Shown: piece by piece, positions 26,630-34,965 of the stretch
Layout: every line of letters starts with the position of its first letter
Numbering within the stretch: the first letter of the stretch is position 1
Source: Bacteroidaceae bacterium
GTDB lineage: Bacteria; Bacillota; Clostridia; Lachnospirales; Lachnospiraceae
Length of the DNA stretch: 64,000 nt
Reading direction: 5' to 3'
Assembly (NCBI GenBank): GCA_963620785.1
Contig: CAVFAT010000051.1
Location: forward strand, 13,416 to 77,415
Notes under the pieces: model-generated
What the model saw: only the letters and a program-made list of their open reading frames with translations
What the model was told of the DNA's origin: nothing
Databases searched by the model: none
Translations under genes and position numbers: made by a program

Positions 26630-26800
26630 CCATTCAAGCTAACTTCCGCCTTCATTCATATCTTTTGGGTTATGTATTGATATTCATTTATATATTGGAA
26701 TTTATTATTTTAAGTGAATAAGATTTATCCTATAAGGAAGCCTGCGTTTTCAAGGAAAACCTTCACAAAAAACACTTGATTCAATAAGGAGATTTTTGCT

Positions 26801-27529
26801 ATGAATGAAAAGGAATTACTGGAACGAATTGAAGCTTTGGAGAAAAAGGTGGAAAGGAATCAAAGAGCAGCCGATGCCGTTGAGATCCAAAACCTGATGA
26901 GTCGTTATATCTTTTATCTGGAAAATGGAAACATTGCCGGTGTATGGGATGATCTCTTTTCCCATGAAGATCCGGATGTCAGCATGGAAATCATGGATGC
27001 CGGCGGATATGTTGGAGCAGAACATGTAAAACGAGCCTACTATACCATGGCTCGAAAGGTTGATATGGATGGAAATCCAGTCGAAAAGACCTCTTCCGGT
27101 ATGTCCAATACCAACTCTGAAAGAGCCGGTCTTCTTCTCATGCTCACTGTCGAAACGCCTATGATCGAAGTATCCCAGGATGGCAAACATGCCTGGGGAC
27201 AGTGGCATTTATTCGGTCCTCATTCAAACCGCGTTTTTGACCATATCAGCGGCAACAAAAAGGATATTGCCTTTTGGATCGCCGGAAAATATGACAATGA
27301 ATTTGTCAGGGATTCCGATGGACAGTGGCGTTTCAAATCTCTTCATGCCATTAACTGGCTGAGAACGCCCTATGATAAGAGTTGGCTGGAATGCGCTGAC
27401 TGCAGGAGTACGCCTTCTCCCTATTATCCGACCGATATTCCAAGACGTATTACATCCTTTAATCCGGATCTCGGAAATGATCCGGATCGCTGGGGACCTC
27501 TGCCGCATGAGCACATCGTGCATGAATAG
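26801..27529 (+). CDS. NTF2-like / SnoaL-like fold protein with an N-terminal coiled-coil segment
   Basis: 242 aa. The EIQNLMSRYIFYLENGN... pattern is typical of SnoaL_4/NTF2-like proteins. AAGGAG RBS. Confidence 0.6.
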   Translation: MNEKELLERIEALEKKVERNQRAADAVEIQNLMSRYIFYLENGNIAGVWDDLFSHEDPDVSMEIMDAGGYVGAEHVKRAYYTMARKVDMDGNPVEKTSSGMSNTNSERAGLLLMLTVETPMIEVSQDGKHAWGQWHLFGPHSNRVFDHISGNKKDIAFWIAGKYDNEFVRDSDGQWRFKSLHAINWLRTPYDKSWLECADCRSTPSPYYPTDIPRRITSFNPDLGNDPDRWGPLPHEHIVHE

Positions 27530-27543
27530 GTTTCTTATTAATT

Positions 27544-27623
27544 AAAAAAACGAGATGCTCTGCCTGGGATCAAAAACCGCTGGAAAGCCTGTTTTTCATC
27601 CGGCAGAAGCATCTCGTTTTTTT
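27544..27623. terminator. Bidirectional terminator between the NTF2-like gene and the ECF-S gene
   Basis: AAAAAAACGAGATGCTCTGCC ... GGCAGAAGCATCTCGTTTTTTT, with A-run and T-run flanks and an inner hairpin in the loop. Confidence 0.8.
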
Positions 27624-27682
27624 CTTACCTATTCATATAAAACAAATCCATATAAAGGTAAGGATCTCATTTATCAATCAGA

Positions 27683-28285
27683 TTAATGATTCGTTCCTTT
27701 CAAGAAAGGAGCAATGTGCTTGTAAATAATAAAGGTTATCACAACGCTGATCATTTCCTTAATAAAGGTAAATGGTGCATTGAAAATAATCAAAGCCTCC
27801 AGGAGATTCTTCACACTCGGAAGAATTGCCTGATACATGGATACGATCGTTTCCATCGGCATAAAGGCTGTATATACCGGATATACAATAAAATAATTAG
27901 ACGGAATCGATACCAAGGCAGAAACAACTGCTCCTGTCAGAGCGCCGATCAAGGCTCTTGTTCTGGTCTTCTTATGCTTATAGATCAGTCCGGCCGGCAA
28001 TACGAACAGTGCACTCAGGATGAAGTTCGAGAGCTCGCCTACTCCGCCGGAAGATGTCATAAAAAGATGCAGAACATTTTTGATCAGGGCAATTACCACA
28101 CCACTGACCGGTCCCAAAGCAAAGGCGCCGATCAAAGCCGGCAGATCGGAAAAGTCCATCTTGATAAAAGCCGGCACGAAAGGAACATTAAACTCCAGGA
28201 ACTGAAGTACAAAAGAAACTGCAGCAAGCATCGCAGTCATTGTCATTCTGCGCACCTTACTGGTTTCATTTACTTGATTATTCAT
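27683..28285 (-). CDS. ECF-transporter substrate-binding S component (RibU-like sequence pattern; substrate not assigned)
   Basis: About 200 aa with 6 TM segments. FIKMDFSDLPALIGAFALGP resembles the RibU-type motif. Start set to the ATG at 28285 downstream of GGAGG. Lies 42 nt after the glyA stop. Confidence 0.75.
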   Translation of the reverse strand: MNNQVNETSKVRRMTMTAMLAAVSFVLQFLEFNVPFVPAFIKMDFSDLPALIGAFALGPVSGVVIALIKNVLHLFMTSSGGVGELSNFILSALFVLPAGLIYKHKKTRTRALIGALTGAVVSALVSIPSNYFIVYPVYTAFMPMETIVSMYQAILPSVKNLLEALIIFNAPFTFIKEMISVVITFIIYKHIAPFLKGTNH

Positions 28286-28327
28286 TATTCTCAAATCCTC
28301 CCCAGGATATTTGTTTTTTGGAAGTGC

Positions 28328-29569
28328 TTACTGAAGCGGATATTTATCTGTCAGTGTCTTGATGATTGCTTTCGCCGGCTCGATTCCTTCCTCGCCCTTC
28401 TTTACAACCATGGCGATTGCCTCTGCAACCTGATCAAAATCCTCTGCCTTCAGTCCTCTTGTTGTTGCAGACGGTGTTCCCAGACGGATACCGCTTGTTA
28501 CAAATGCAGACTTGGGATCATTCGGGATGGTATTCTTGTTGGCTGTAATATGAGCTGCATCCAGAAGCTTCTCTACATTCTTGCCTGTCAGCTCATAGGG
28601 TGTCAGATCCAGCAGCATAAGGTGATTGTCTGTTCCGCCTGAAACGATCTTCATATCTCTTGCGATCAGTCCTTTTGCCAGAGCCTGTGCATTATCAACG
28701 ATATTCTGTGCATATACCTTGAAATCATCACTCAAAGCTTCCTTAAAGCAAACAGCCTTTGCAGCGATCACATGCTCAAGCGGTCCTCCCTGAATGCCCG
28801 GGAATACAGCCTTGTTCAGCTTTACTTCATCTGCAAATTCCTGGCTGGAAAGAATGAGGCCACCACGCGGTCCTCTCAGGGTCTTATGTGTGGTAGTTGT
28901 GGTTACATGTGCATAGGGAATGGGGCTCTGATGAAGTCCTGTTGCTACAAGACCTGCAATATGTGCCATATCCACCATCAGATAAGCACCAACCTCATCT
29001 GCGATCTCACGGAAACGCTTAAAATCAATCGCTCTTGCGTAGGCACTTGCACCAGCAATGATCATCTTCGGCTTGCATTCCTTTGCAATACGAAGTACCT
29101 CATCATAGTCGATCAGTCCTTCCTCATTTACGCCATAAGGAACACAGTGGAAAAACATACCAGAGAAATTAACAGGGCTTCCATGAGACAGGTGTCCGCC
29201 ATGATCCAGGTTCATTCCCATATAGGTATCCCCCTGCTCCATCAAAGCAGTAAATACTGCCATGTTTGCCTGGGCACCGGAATGTGGCTGAACATTTGCA
29301 TAAGTGCAGCCAAAAAGTTCCTTGGCACGCTCAATTGCAAGTGTTTCGATCTCATCGATAACCTCACAGCCGCCATAGTAACGCTTTCCGGAATATCCTT
29401 CTGCATATTTATTGGTCAGAATGGTTCCCATTGCTCCCATCACACTGTGACTTACCCAGTTTTCAGAAGCAATCAGCTCAATATGGTCTGACTGTCTTTC
29501 AAACTCTTTGTCGATAAGATTGGCGATCTCAGGATCTGTAGCCTTTAATTCATCAAAATAGCTCATCAT
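28328..29569 (-). CDS. glyA: Serine hydroxymethyltransferase
   Basis: PLP-Lys motif [14 protein letters not shown]. Start moved to MMSYFDELK (ATG 29569) downstream of AGGAG; the longest ORF starts at 29635. Confidence 0.96.
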   Translation of the reverse strand: MMSYFDELKATDPEIANLIDKEFERQSDHIELIASENWVSHSVMGAMGTILTNKYAEGYSGKRYYGGCEVIDEIETLAIERAKELFGCTYANVQPHSGAQANMAVFTALMEQGDTYMGMNLDHGGHLSHGSPVNFSGMFFHCVPYGVNEEGLIDYDEVLRIAKECKPKMIIAGASAYARAIDFKRFREIADEVGAYLMVDMAHIAGLVATGLHQSPIPYAHVTTTTTHKTLRGPRGGLILSSQEFADEVKLNKAVFPGIQGGPLEHVIAAKAVCFKEALSDDFKVYAQNIVDNAQALAKGLIARDMKIVSGGTDNHLMLLDLTPYELTGKNVEKLLDAAHITANKNTIPNDPKSAFVTSGIRLGTPSATTRGLKAEDFDQVAEAIAMVVKKGEEGIEPAKAIIKTLTDKYPLQ

Positions 29570-29655
29570 TTTCTCCTTATCTTTTTCATAACATAAATCT
29601 ATTTTCAATCCCAAAAGGGACGGAAAAACAAACACTCGCTCTATTTTTAGGCTGA

Positions 29656-31455
29656 TCAGTTTTCTTTTTCTTCTGCTTCCTCAACACTGATGTAAAGTTC
29701 ATTCAGCTGTTTCTCATCAACCGGTGCTGGTGCGCCGCTCATCAGATCAGATGCATCCTTTACCTTCGGGAAGGCAATTACATCACGAATAGAATCTGCA
29801 TGAACGATATGCATAACCAGTCTGTCCAGACCATAAGCCAGTCCTGCATGAGGCGGAACGCCATACTTAAAGGCATTCAAGAGGAAACCAAACTGCTCAT
29901 AGGCATTTTCCTTGGAGAAGCCAAGTACCTCAAGCATTTTTTCCTGAATATCATCCTGGTGAATTCTGACAGAACCACCGCCAAGCTCCGTACCGTTTAA
30001 TACGATATCATAAGCTCTCGCTCTTACGGCACCCGGATCGGAATCAATCTTGTCCCAGTCCTCTTCCATCGGCATGGTAAAGGGATGATGCATAGCCATA
30101 AAACGGTTTTCCTCATCCGACCACTCCAAAAGCGGGAATTCTGTTACCCAGAGGAAATTGTACTGATTCGGATCCAGCAGATCCATCTGCTTTGCCATTT
30201 CCAGGCGAAGGGCACCCAGAACATCCCAAACCATCTTGTTCTTTCCTGCAGCAAAGAGAAGCAGATCTCCTGCCTTACCTTCCATCTTTTCAATGATAGC
30301 AGCAAGCTCATCCTCTGTCATAAATTTGGAGAAGGAGCACTTCTGGCTTCCATCGCTCTTCAGCTGGATATAAGCCAGGCCGTTTGCTCCATATCCCTTT
30401 GCGAACTCAACCAGCTTGTCAATCTGCTTGCGGCCCATGTCGCCTTTGCCGGAAACATTAATACCACGAACACTGCCGCCTGCCTCAACAGCACCTGCAA
30501 ATACACCAAAGTCACTGTCTTTTACCAGGTCGGAAATGTTGACCAGCTCCATGCCAAATCTTGTATCCGGCTTATCGGAACCGTAACGATCCATTGCCTC
30601 CTGCCAGGTCAGACGGGGAAGGGGGAGGGAGATATCAACACCCAATGTCTCCTTAAAGACATGCTGCATCAGTCTCTCATTGATATCCATAACATCCTCT
30701 TCATCTACAAAGGAAAGTTCCATATCAATCTGTGTAAATTCAGGCTGTCTGTCTGCACGAAGGTCTTCATCACGGAAGCATCTTGCGATCTGAATATAGC
30801 GATCATATCCGGAGCACATCAGAAGCTGCTTATAAAGCTGCGGTGACTGGGGCAGAGCATAAAAGCTGCCCGGATGCACACGGCTGGGTACAAGATAATC
30901 TCTTGCTCCCTCCGGTGTTGACTTCATCAGCATCGGGGTTTCGATCTCAAGGAAGCCTTCCTTCTCCATAAAGCTGCGCACCAGGTTCATTACCTTGCTC
31001 TTCATGAAGATATTTCTCTGAATATCCGGTCTTCTCAGATCCAGATAACGGTATTTTAAGCGAAGTTCATCCTTGGTTGTAATATTCTCTTCAATCGGGA
31101 AGGGAGGAGTCTCAGATTCAGAAAGGATCCGCAGGCTTTCCGCTACAATTTCGATCTCTCCGGTTTTCAGATTTTCATTGACTGCTCCGGCTCTTTTTGT
31201 AACAGTACCGACAATGGCAACCACAAATTCGCTTCTCAGCTTTCCAGCCTTTTCAAAGCCCTCTGTTCCGACATTGTTCTCATCAAATACAATCTGCAGA
31301 ATACCGCTTCTGTCTCTCAGATCGATAAAAATCAAAGAGCCCAGATTTCTTCTCTTCTGCACCCAGCCCATGACCGTGACCTTAGATCCGATCTCGGCAG
31401 CTGTCACCTCTGTACATCTGTGTGTACGTTTTAATCCGCGCATGGATTCTGACAT
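29656..31455 (-). CDS. aspS: Aspartate--tRNA ligase, bacterial type (long, with GAD insertion)
   Basis: 599 aa. Class II motif [18 protein letters not shown] and C-terminal GLDRL. Follows hisS as in the Firmicute hisS-aspS operon. Confidence 0.96.
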   Translation of the reverse strand: MSESMRGLKRTHRCTEVTAAEIGSKVTVMGWVQKRRNLGSLIFIDLRDRSGILQIVFDENNVGTEGFEKAGKLRSEFVVAIVGTVTKRAGAVNENLKTGEIEIVAESLRILSESETPPFPIEENITTKDELRLKYRYLDLRRPDIQRNIFMKSKVMNLVRSFMEKEGFLEIETPMLMKSTPEGARDYLVPSRVHPGSFYALPQSPQLYKQLLMCSGYDRYIQIARCFRDEDLRADRQPEFTQIDMELSFVDEEDVMDINERLMQHVFKETLGVDISLPLPRLTWQEAMDRYGSDKPDTRFGMELVNISDLVKDSDFGVFAGAVEAGGSVRGINVSGKGDMGRKQIDKLVEFAKGYGANGLAYIQLKSDGSQKCSFSKFMTEDELAAIIEKMEGKAGDLLLFAAGKNKMVWDVLGALRLEMAKQMDLLDPNQYNFLWVTEFPLLEWSDEENRFMAMHHPFTMPMEEDWDKIDSDPGAVRARAYDIVLNGTELGGGSVRIHQDDIQEKMLEVLGFSKENAYEQFGFLLNAFKYGVPPHAGLAYGLDRLVMHIVHADSIRDVIAFPKVKDASDLMSGAPAPVDEKQLNELYISVEEAEEKEN

Positions 31456-31503
31456 GATTTTTCTCCTTCTTTGCTTCCTATTGCATGACTGCTTTCTATC
31501 TTA

Positions 31504-32769
31504 TCACTGTTTGTCAGGATAAAATTCAACAAATTCCTCATAACCCTGACTCTTCAGCTGTTCCTTCTGAAATTTTTTGTTTTTGTTCATTCTTGCAACC
31601 AATATCTGCTTACCAGCTGCTCTTTCCTCCTGTGCCTTGGCAAAAACCTCGCTCAGTCTCTCGGCCGGATACTTCTTGTCAATCAGATAAGCAGTCTTTT
31701 CCTTTTGACCCGGGATCTGGAAACCATTTTCCATGAGCAGAAGAATGATTCTCTCGAATCCAATGGAAAAGCCACAGGCCGGTACATTCTGTCCTGTGAA
31801 ATTGCCTACCATCTTGTCATAGCGTCCGCCGCCGCCACAGCTGCCGCCGAACTGAGGCATGGCAATCTCAAAGATGGTGCCGGTATAGTAGGACATACCT
31901 CTGACCAGAGTCGGATCAAAAACCAGCTCAAAGTCTGCTGCCTTTGTTGCATTTACACTATCCGCAATCTGTCTAAGGCTTTCCGCAACCTCTGCATCCA
32001 GATAATCCCCCAGCTTACCGGTCAGGAAATCAAGCCCCTCTCTGACTTCTTTGACATTTTCAAGACCTGTAAAGAGCTCCAGATATTTTTCTACGCCCTC
32101 TGCCTCATAACCGCTCTCCAGAAGTTCTTTTTTGACTCCGTCGAGACCGATCTTGTCCATCTTGTCCAGAATGATAAAGATGGCATCATAATCAGCTTCC
32201 GCAAATCCACTGTAGGCTGCCATAGCCTTCAGGATTCTTCTCTCATTGATTCGGATCTCAAATCCGGAAAAACCAAGCTTGCCAAGTGTTGTTGTTGTTG
32301 CCGTAATCAGCTCTATCTCAGCAAGATTGCTGGCATCTCCGATGATATCGATATCGCACTGCATGAACTGACGATATCTGCCTCTCTGGGGACGGTCAGC
32401 TCTCCAGACATTGCCCATCTGCAAAGCCTTAAAGGGAGATGGAAGCTCTGCTGAATGATTGGAATAATACCTTACCAGGGGTACTGTCAGGTCATAACGC
32501 ATACCGAAATCCACAACATCCGCTTCTTCCTTTGCCTCTGCTACATTCAGCTTCTCTCCTCTTTTCAGAACCTTGAAGATCAGCTTCTCATTTTCACCGC
32601 CCTGCTTATTGGAGAGATTTGCGATATTCTCCATACAAGGGGTTTCAATCGGTGTAAATCCGAAACTTCTGTAGGTTTCCTTAATCACAGACTGTACATA
32701 ATCACGCACTGCCATCTCCTCCGGCAGAATATCCTTCATACCGGTAACAGGCTTTTTATTTAATGCCAT
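31504..32769 (-). CDS. hisS: Histidine--tRNA ligase
   Basis: 421 aa. Contains RYDLTVPLVRY and GGGGRYD motifs. Confidence 0.95.
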   Translation of the reverse strand: MALNKKPVTGMKDILPEEMAVRDYVQSVIKETYRSFGFTPIETPCMENIANLSNKQGGENEKLIFKVLKRGEKLNVAEAKEEADVVDFGMRYDLTVPLVRYYSNHSAELPSPFKALQMGNVWRADRPQRGRYRQFMQCDIDIIGDASNLAEIELITATTTTLGKLGFSGFEIRINERRILKAMAAYSGFAEADYDAIFIILDKMDKIGLDGVKKELLESGYEAEGVEKYLELFTGLENVKEVREGLDFLTGKLGDYLDAEVAESLRQIADSVNATKAADFELVFDPTLVRGMSYYTGTIFEIAMPQFGGSCGGGGRYDKMVGNFTGQNVPACGFSIGFERIILLLMENGFQIPGQKEKTAYLIDKKYPAERLSEVFAKAQEERAAGKQILVARMNKNKKFQKEQLKSQGYEEFVEFYPDKQ

Positions 32770-34318
32770 TTAGAACCTCTTTCTTCCGTTCGATCATTTC
32801 ATCGACACGGCTTATATAATTTGCAACATCCTTCACATTTTCGATACGAAGTGGTTTTTTGTTCAGGATCAGCTTGGTCATTCCTCCCGCACCGAGCGAA
32901 AGGATGCTTTGCTTCTCTTCCATGATCAGGATGTTGTATATACCTTCTTTTCCCGGCCTTGCATATCCGACATTTTCAAGATTGCCGGCCATATTTTTCT
33001 GCCGGTACATATAGTAGGGAAACAGTCCCATCTCTTCTGCCGCGGCACGGGCCTTATCCATAAAGGCATCGGAATTATAGATTCCGAGCTCCTTATATCT
33101 GTCATATTCTCCGTTCAAACGGGCCGCCCGCTTCAGGGCAAGCGAATGCACCGTAAGCGAATCCGGTGCAAGTTTTTTGATCTCCTCCAGGGTATGAGAA
33201 AGCTCTTTTTCTCCCTCTCCCGGCAGTCCCAGGATAAGATCCATATTAATATTGTCGAAGCCGATCTCTCTTGCCTGCCAGAAAGCATTGATTGTCTCTT
33301 CTACGGTATGAGATCTTCCGATCAGATCCAGGGTCTTCTGATTCATGGTCTGCGGATTTACGGAAATCCTGCTGACAGGAGAATCATAGAGAACCTGCAG
33401 CTTTTCTTTGTTCAGAGAATCCGGTCTTCCGCCTTCTACCGTAAATTCAACCAGCTCCCTTAAATCAAACCTTGCTTCAATCATGTGAAGAAGGCTGCGC
33501 AGCTGGTCAGCATTCAAGCTGGTCGGCGTTCCTCCGCCTATATAAATTGTCTGCAGCTTTTTGCCTGCAAAAGCCTCAGCTACAAAATCCATTTCTTTGC
33601 GAAGGGCAAAGAGATAATTTTCTACCTCTGATTCCCACTTTGCAATCGGATAGGAAGTAAAGGAACAATAGAGACATTTGGTCGGACAGAAGGGAATCCC
33701 GATATAAAGGCTGTATCCATTCTCCACATCGAGGAGATCCATCAGACATTTTTCTTTTTCTGCAATGTCAATGCACATCCTGCCCTTTTCATCGGAAATA
33801 AGATAGGTCTCCTGCATTTCCTGAAGGATTTTCTCCTTGGAGTCTCCCTTTTCCAGAGCTGCCATGGGAATCTTTGTCGGACGAATTCCGTTTAAGGTTC
33901 CCCATAAAAGCTTCTTTCCGCTTTCTTCCGAAAGCAGCTGATAAATGAGACGCTTGAGGCAGTTCTTTTTATTTTTTCTCTTTTCTGCTTCATCCTGACC
34001 GGCATATGCAAGACTGCATTCTGCCTCTCTTTTTCTGCCTTCTTTTTTCAGACAGACCCGGATCTTATCTTCTGTATAGAAAAGCTCAATAAAAAATGAC
34101 GGTGCCTCCGGCTTAGTCAAAAGTCGTGCTTTCTCTTCTGCTTCAGATTTGGAAAAGCCCTCCTTGCGAAGCTCATGCCTTTTCTTCTCTTCCAGCCTTT
34201 TTTTCATTTTGGCTTCCGGATCCTGGTCAACGATTACCTCTTCTTCCGGATAAAAGGCCTTGATCAAAGAATGCAGATCATATTCAAAATCAGATTCATT
34301 TACTTTTACGAGAATCAT
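32756..34318 (-). CDS. Radical SAM protein, HemZ / oxygen-independent coproporphyrinogen-oxidase-like, with an N-terminal extension of about 170 aa
   Basis: 520 aa. CxxxCxxC motif CPTKCLYCSF. HemN-like core. Overlaps hisS by 14 nt. Confidence 0.8.
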   Translation of the reverse strand: MILVKVNESDFEYDLHSLIKAFYPEEEVIVDQDPEAKMKKRLEEKKRHELRKEGFSKSEAEEKARLLTKPEAPSFFIELFYTEDKIRVCLKKEGRKREAECSLAYAGQDEAEKRKNKKNCLKRLIYQLLSEESGKKLLWGTLNGIRPTKIPMAALEKGDSKEKILQEMQETYLISDEKGRMCIDIAEKEKCLMDLLDVENGYSLYIGIPFCPTKCLYCSFTSYPIAKWESEVENYLFALRKEMDFVAEAFAGKKLQTIYIGGGTPTSLNADQLRSLLHMIEARFDLRELVEFTVEGGRPDSLNKEKLQVLYDSPVSRISVNPQTMNQKTLDLIGRSHTVEETINAFWQAREIGFDNINMDLILGLPGEGEKELSHTLEEIKKLAPDSLTVHSLALKRAARLNGEYDRYKELGIYNSDAFMDKARAAAEEMGLFPYYMYRQKNMAGNLENVGYARPGKEGIYNILIMEEKQSILSLGAGGMTKLILNKKPLRIENVKDVANYISRVDEMIERKKEVLNGIK

Positions 34319-34335
34319 ATGTCATACCTGTACTC

Positions 34336-34965
34336 TTAAAAGAAAGGATTGTTCTGCTTTTCAAAGCCAATGGAAGTTGCATTGTTATGTCCCGGATAAA
34401 CAACCACATCCTCCGGGAGGGGGAAAAGCTTCGTCTCAACATTTCTGATCAGATCCTTATAGCTTCCGCCCGGGAAATCTGTTCTTCCGATCGATCCAAA
34501 GAAAAGGGTATCTCCGGAAAAGAGGAGACCTTCTTTTTCAAAATAATAACAAACACCGCCCGGCGTATGTCCAGCTGTCATAAAGACCTTGATTTCAAAG
34601 CCTGCCAGCTTCAGAACCGGTTCTCCGCTCATAAAATGATCAACCTTGACTTCTCCGCTTCGTCCCAGACGAGGGTAAAACTCTGCTGCTGTGCTATGCA
34701 GCTGTTTTTTCTCATTTTCATGAGCATATACCGGAATCTGGTACTTATCAGCAAGCTCATCTACTGCAAGGACATGATCAAAATGTCCATGTGTCAGAAG
34801 AATTGCTGCCGGCTTTGCTCCGGTCGCCTCAATCTGTCTTGCAAGCAGATCTGCCTGATCGCCCGGATCGATAATGAGAAGCTCCTTTGTATCTTCATTG
34901 CATACCAGATAGCAGTTTGTCATGATCTGTCCTACCTGATATCCTTCTACCTTATATGCTGCCAT
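34336..34965 (-). CDS. MBL-fold metallo-hydrolase (glyoxalase II-like)
   Basis: 209 aa. HxHxDH motif LTHGHFDH. Confidence 0.88.
   Translation of the reverse strand: MAAYKVEGYQVGQIMTNCYLVCNEDTKELLIIDPGDQADLLARQIEATGAKPAAILLTHGHFDHVLAVDELADKYQIPVYAHENEKKQLHSTAAEFYPRLGRSGEVKVDHFMSGEPVLKLAGFEIKVFMTAGHTPGGVCYYFEKEGLLFSGDTLFFGSIGRTDFPGGSYKDLIRNVETKLFPLPEDVVVYPGHNNATSIGFEKQNNPFF

Noticed and set aside
28286-28327. Expected FMN riboswitch upstream of the RibU-like S-component
   Set aside because: The gap is 42 nt and contains only a Shine-Dalgarno sequence, so there is no room for an aptamer.
27686-28642. 318-aa plus-strand ORF spanning the ECF-S gene and the glyA 3' end. Similar long antisense ORFs occur at 10544-11338, 24060-24833, 28772-29491, 30085-30846, 31705-32454, 34387-35280, 35277-36047 and 53738-54523.
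   Set aside because: Each lies opposite a confidently identified gene. They cross gene boundaries, have skewed Cys/Ser/Leu-rich composition and lack start-site signals. The recurrence across many genes points to a codon-bias artefact rather than real overlapping genes. Only ribosome profiling could overturn this.
31456-32769. T-box leader for hisS-aspS, as in Bacillus
   Set aside because: hisS overlaps the upstream radical SAM gene by 14 nt and the hisS-aspS gap is 48 nt. No T-box core (GGUGGUACCGCG) occurs there.
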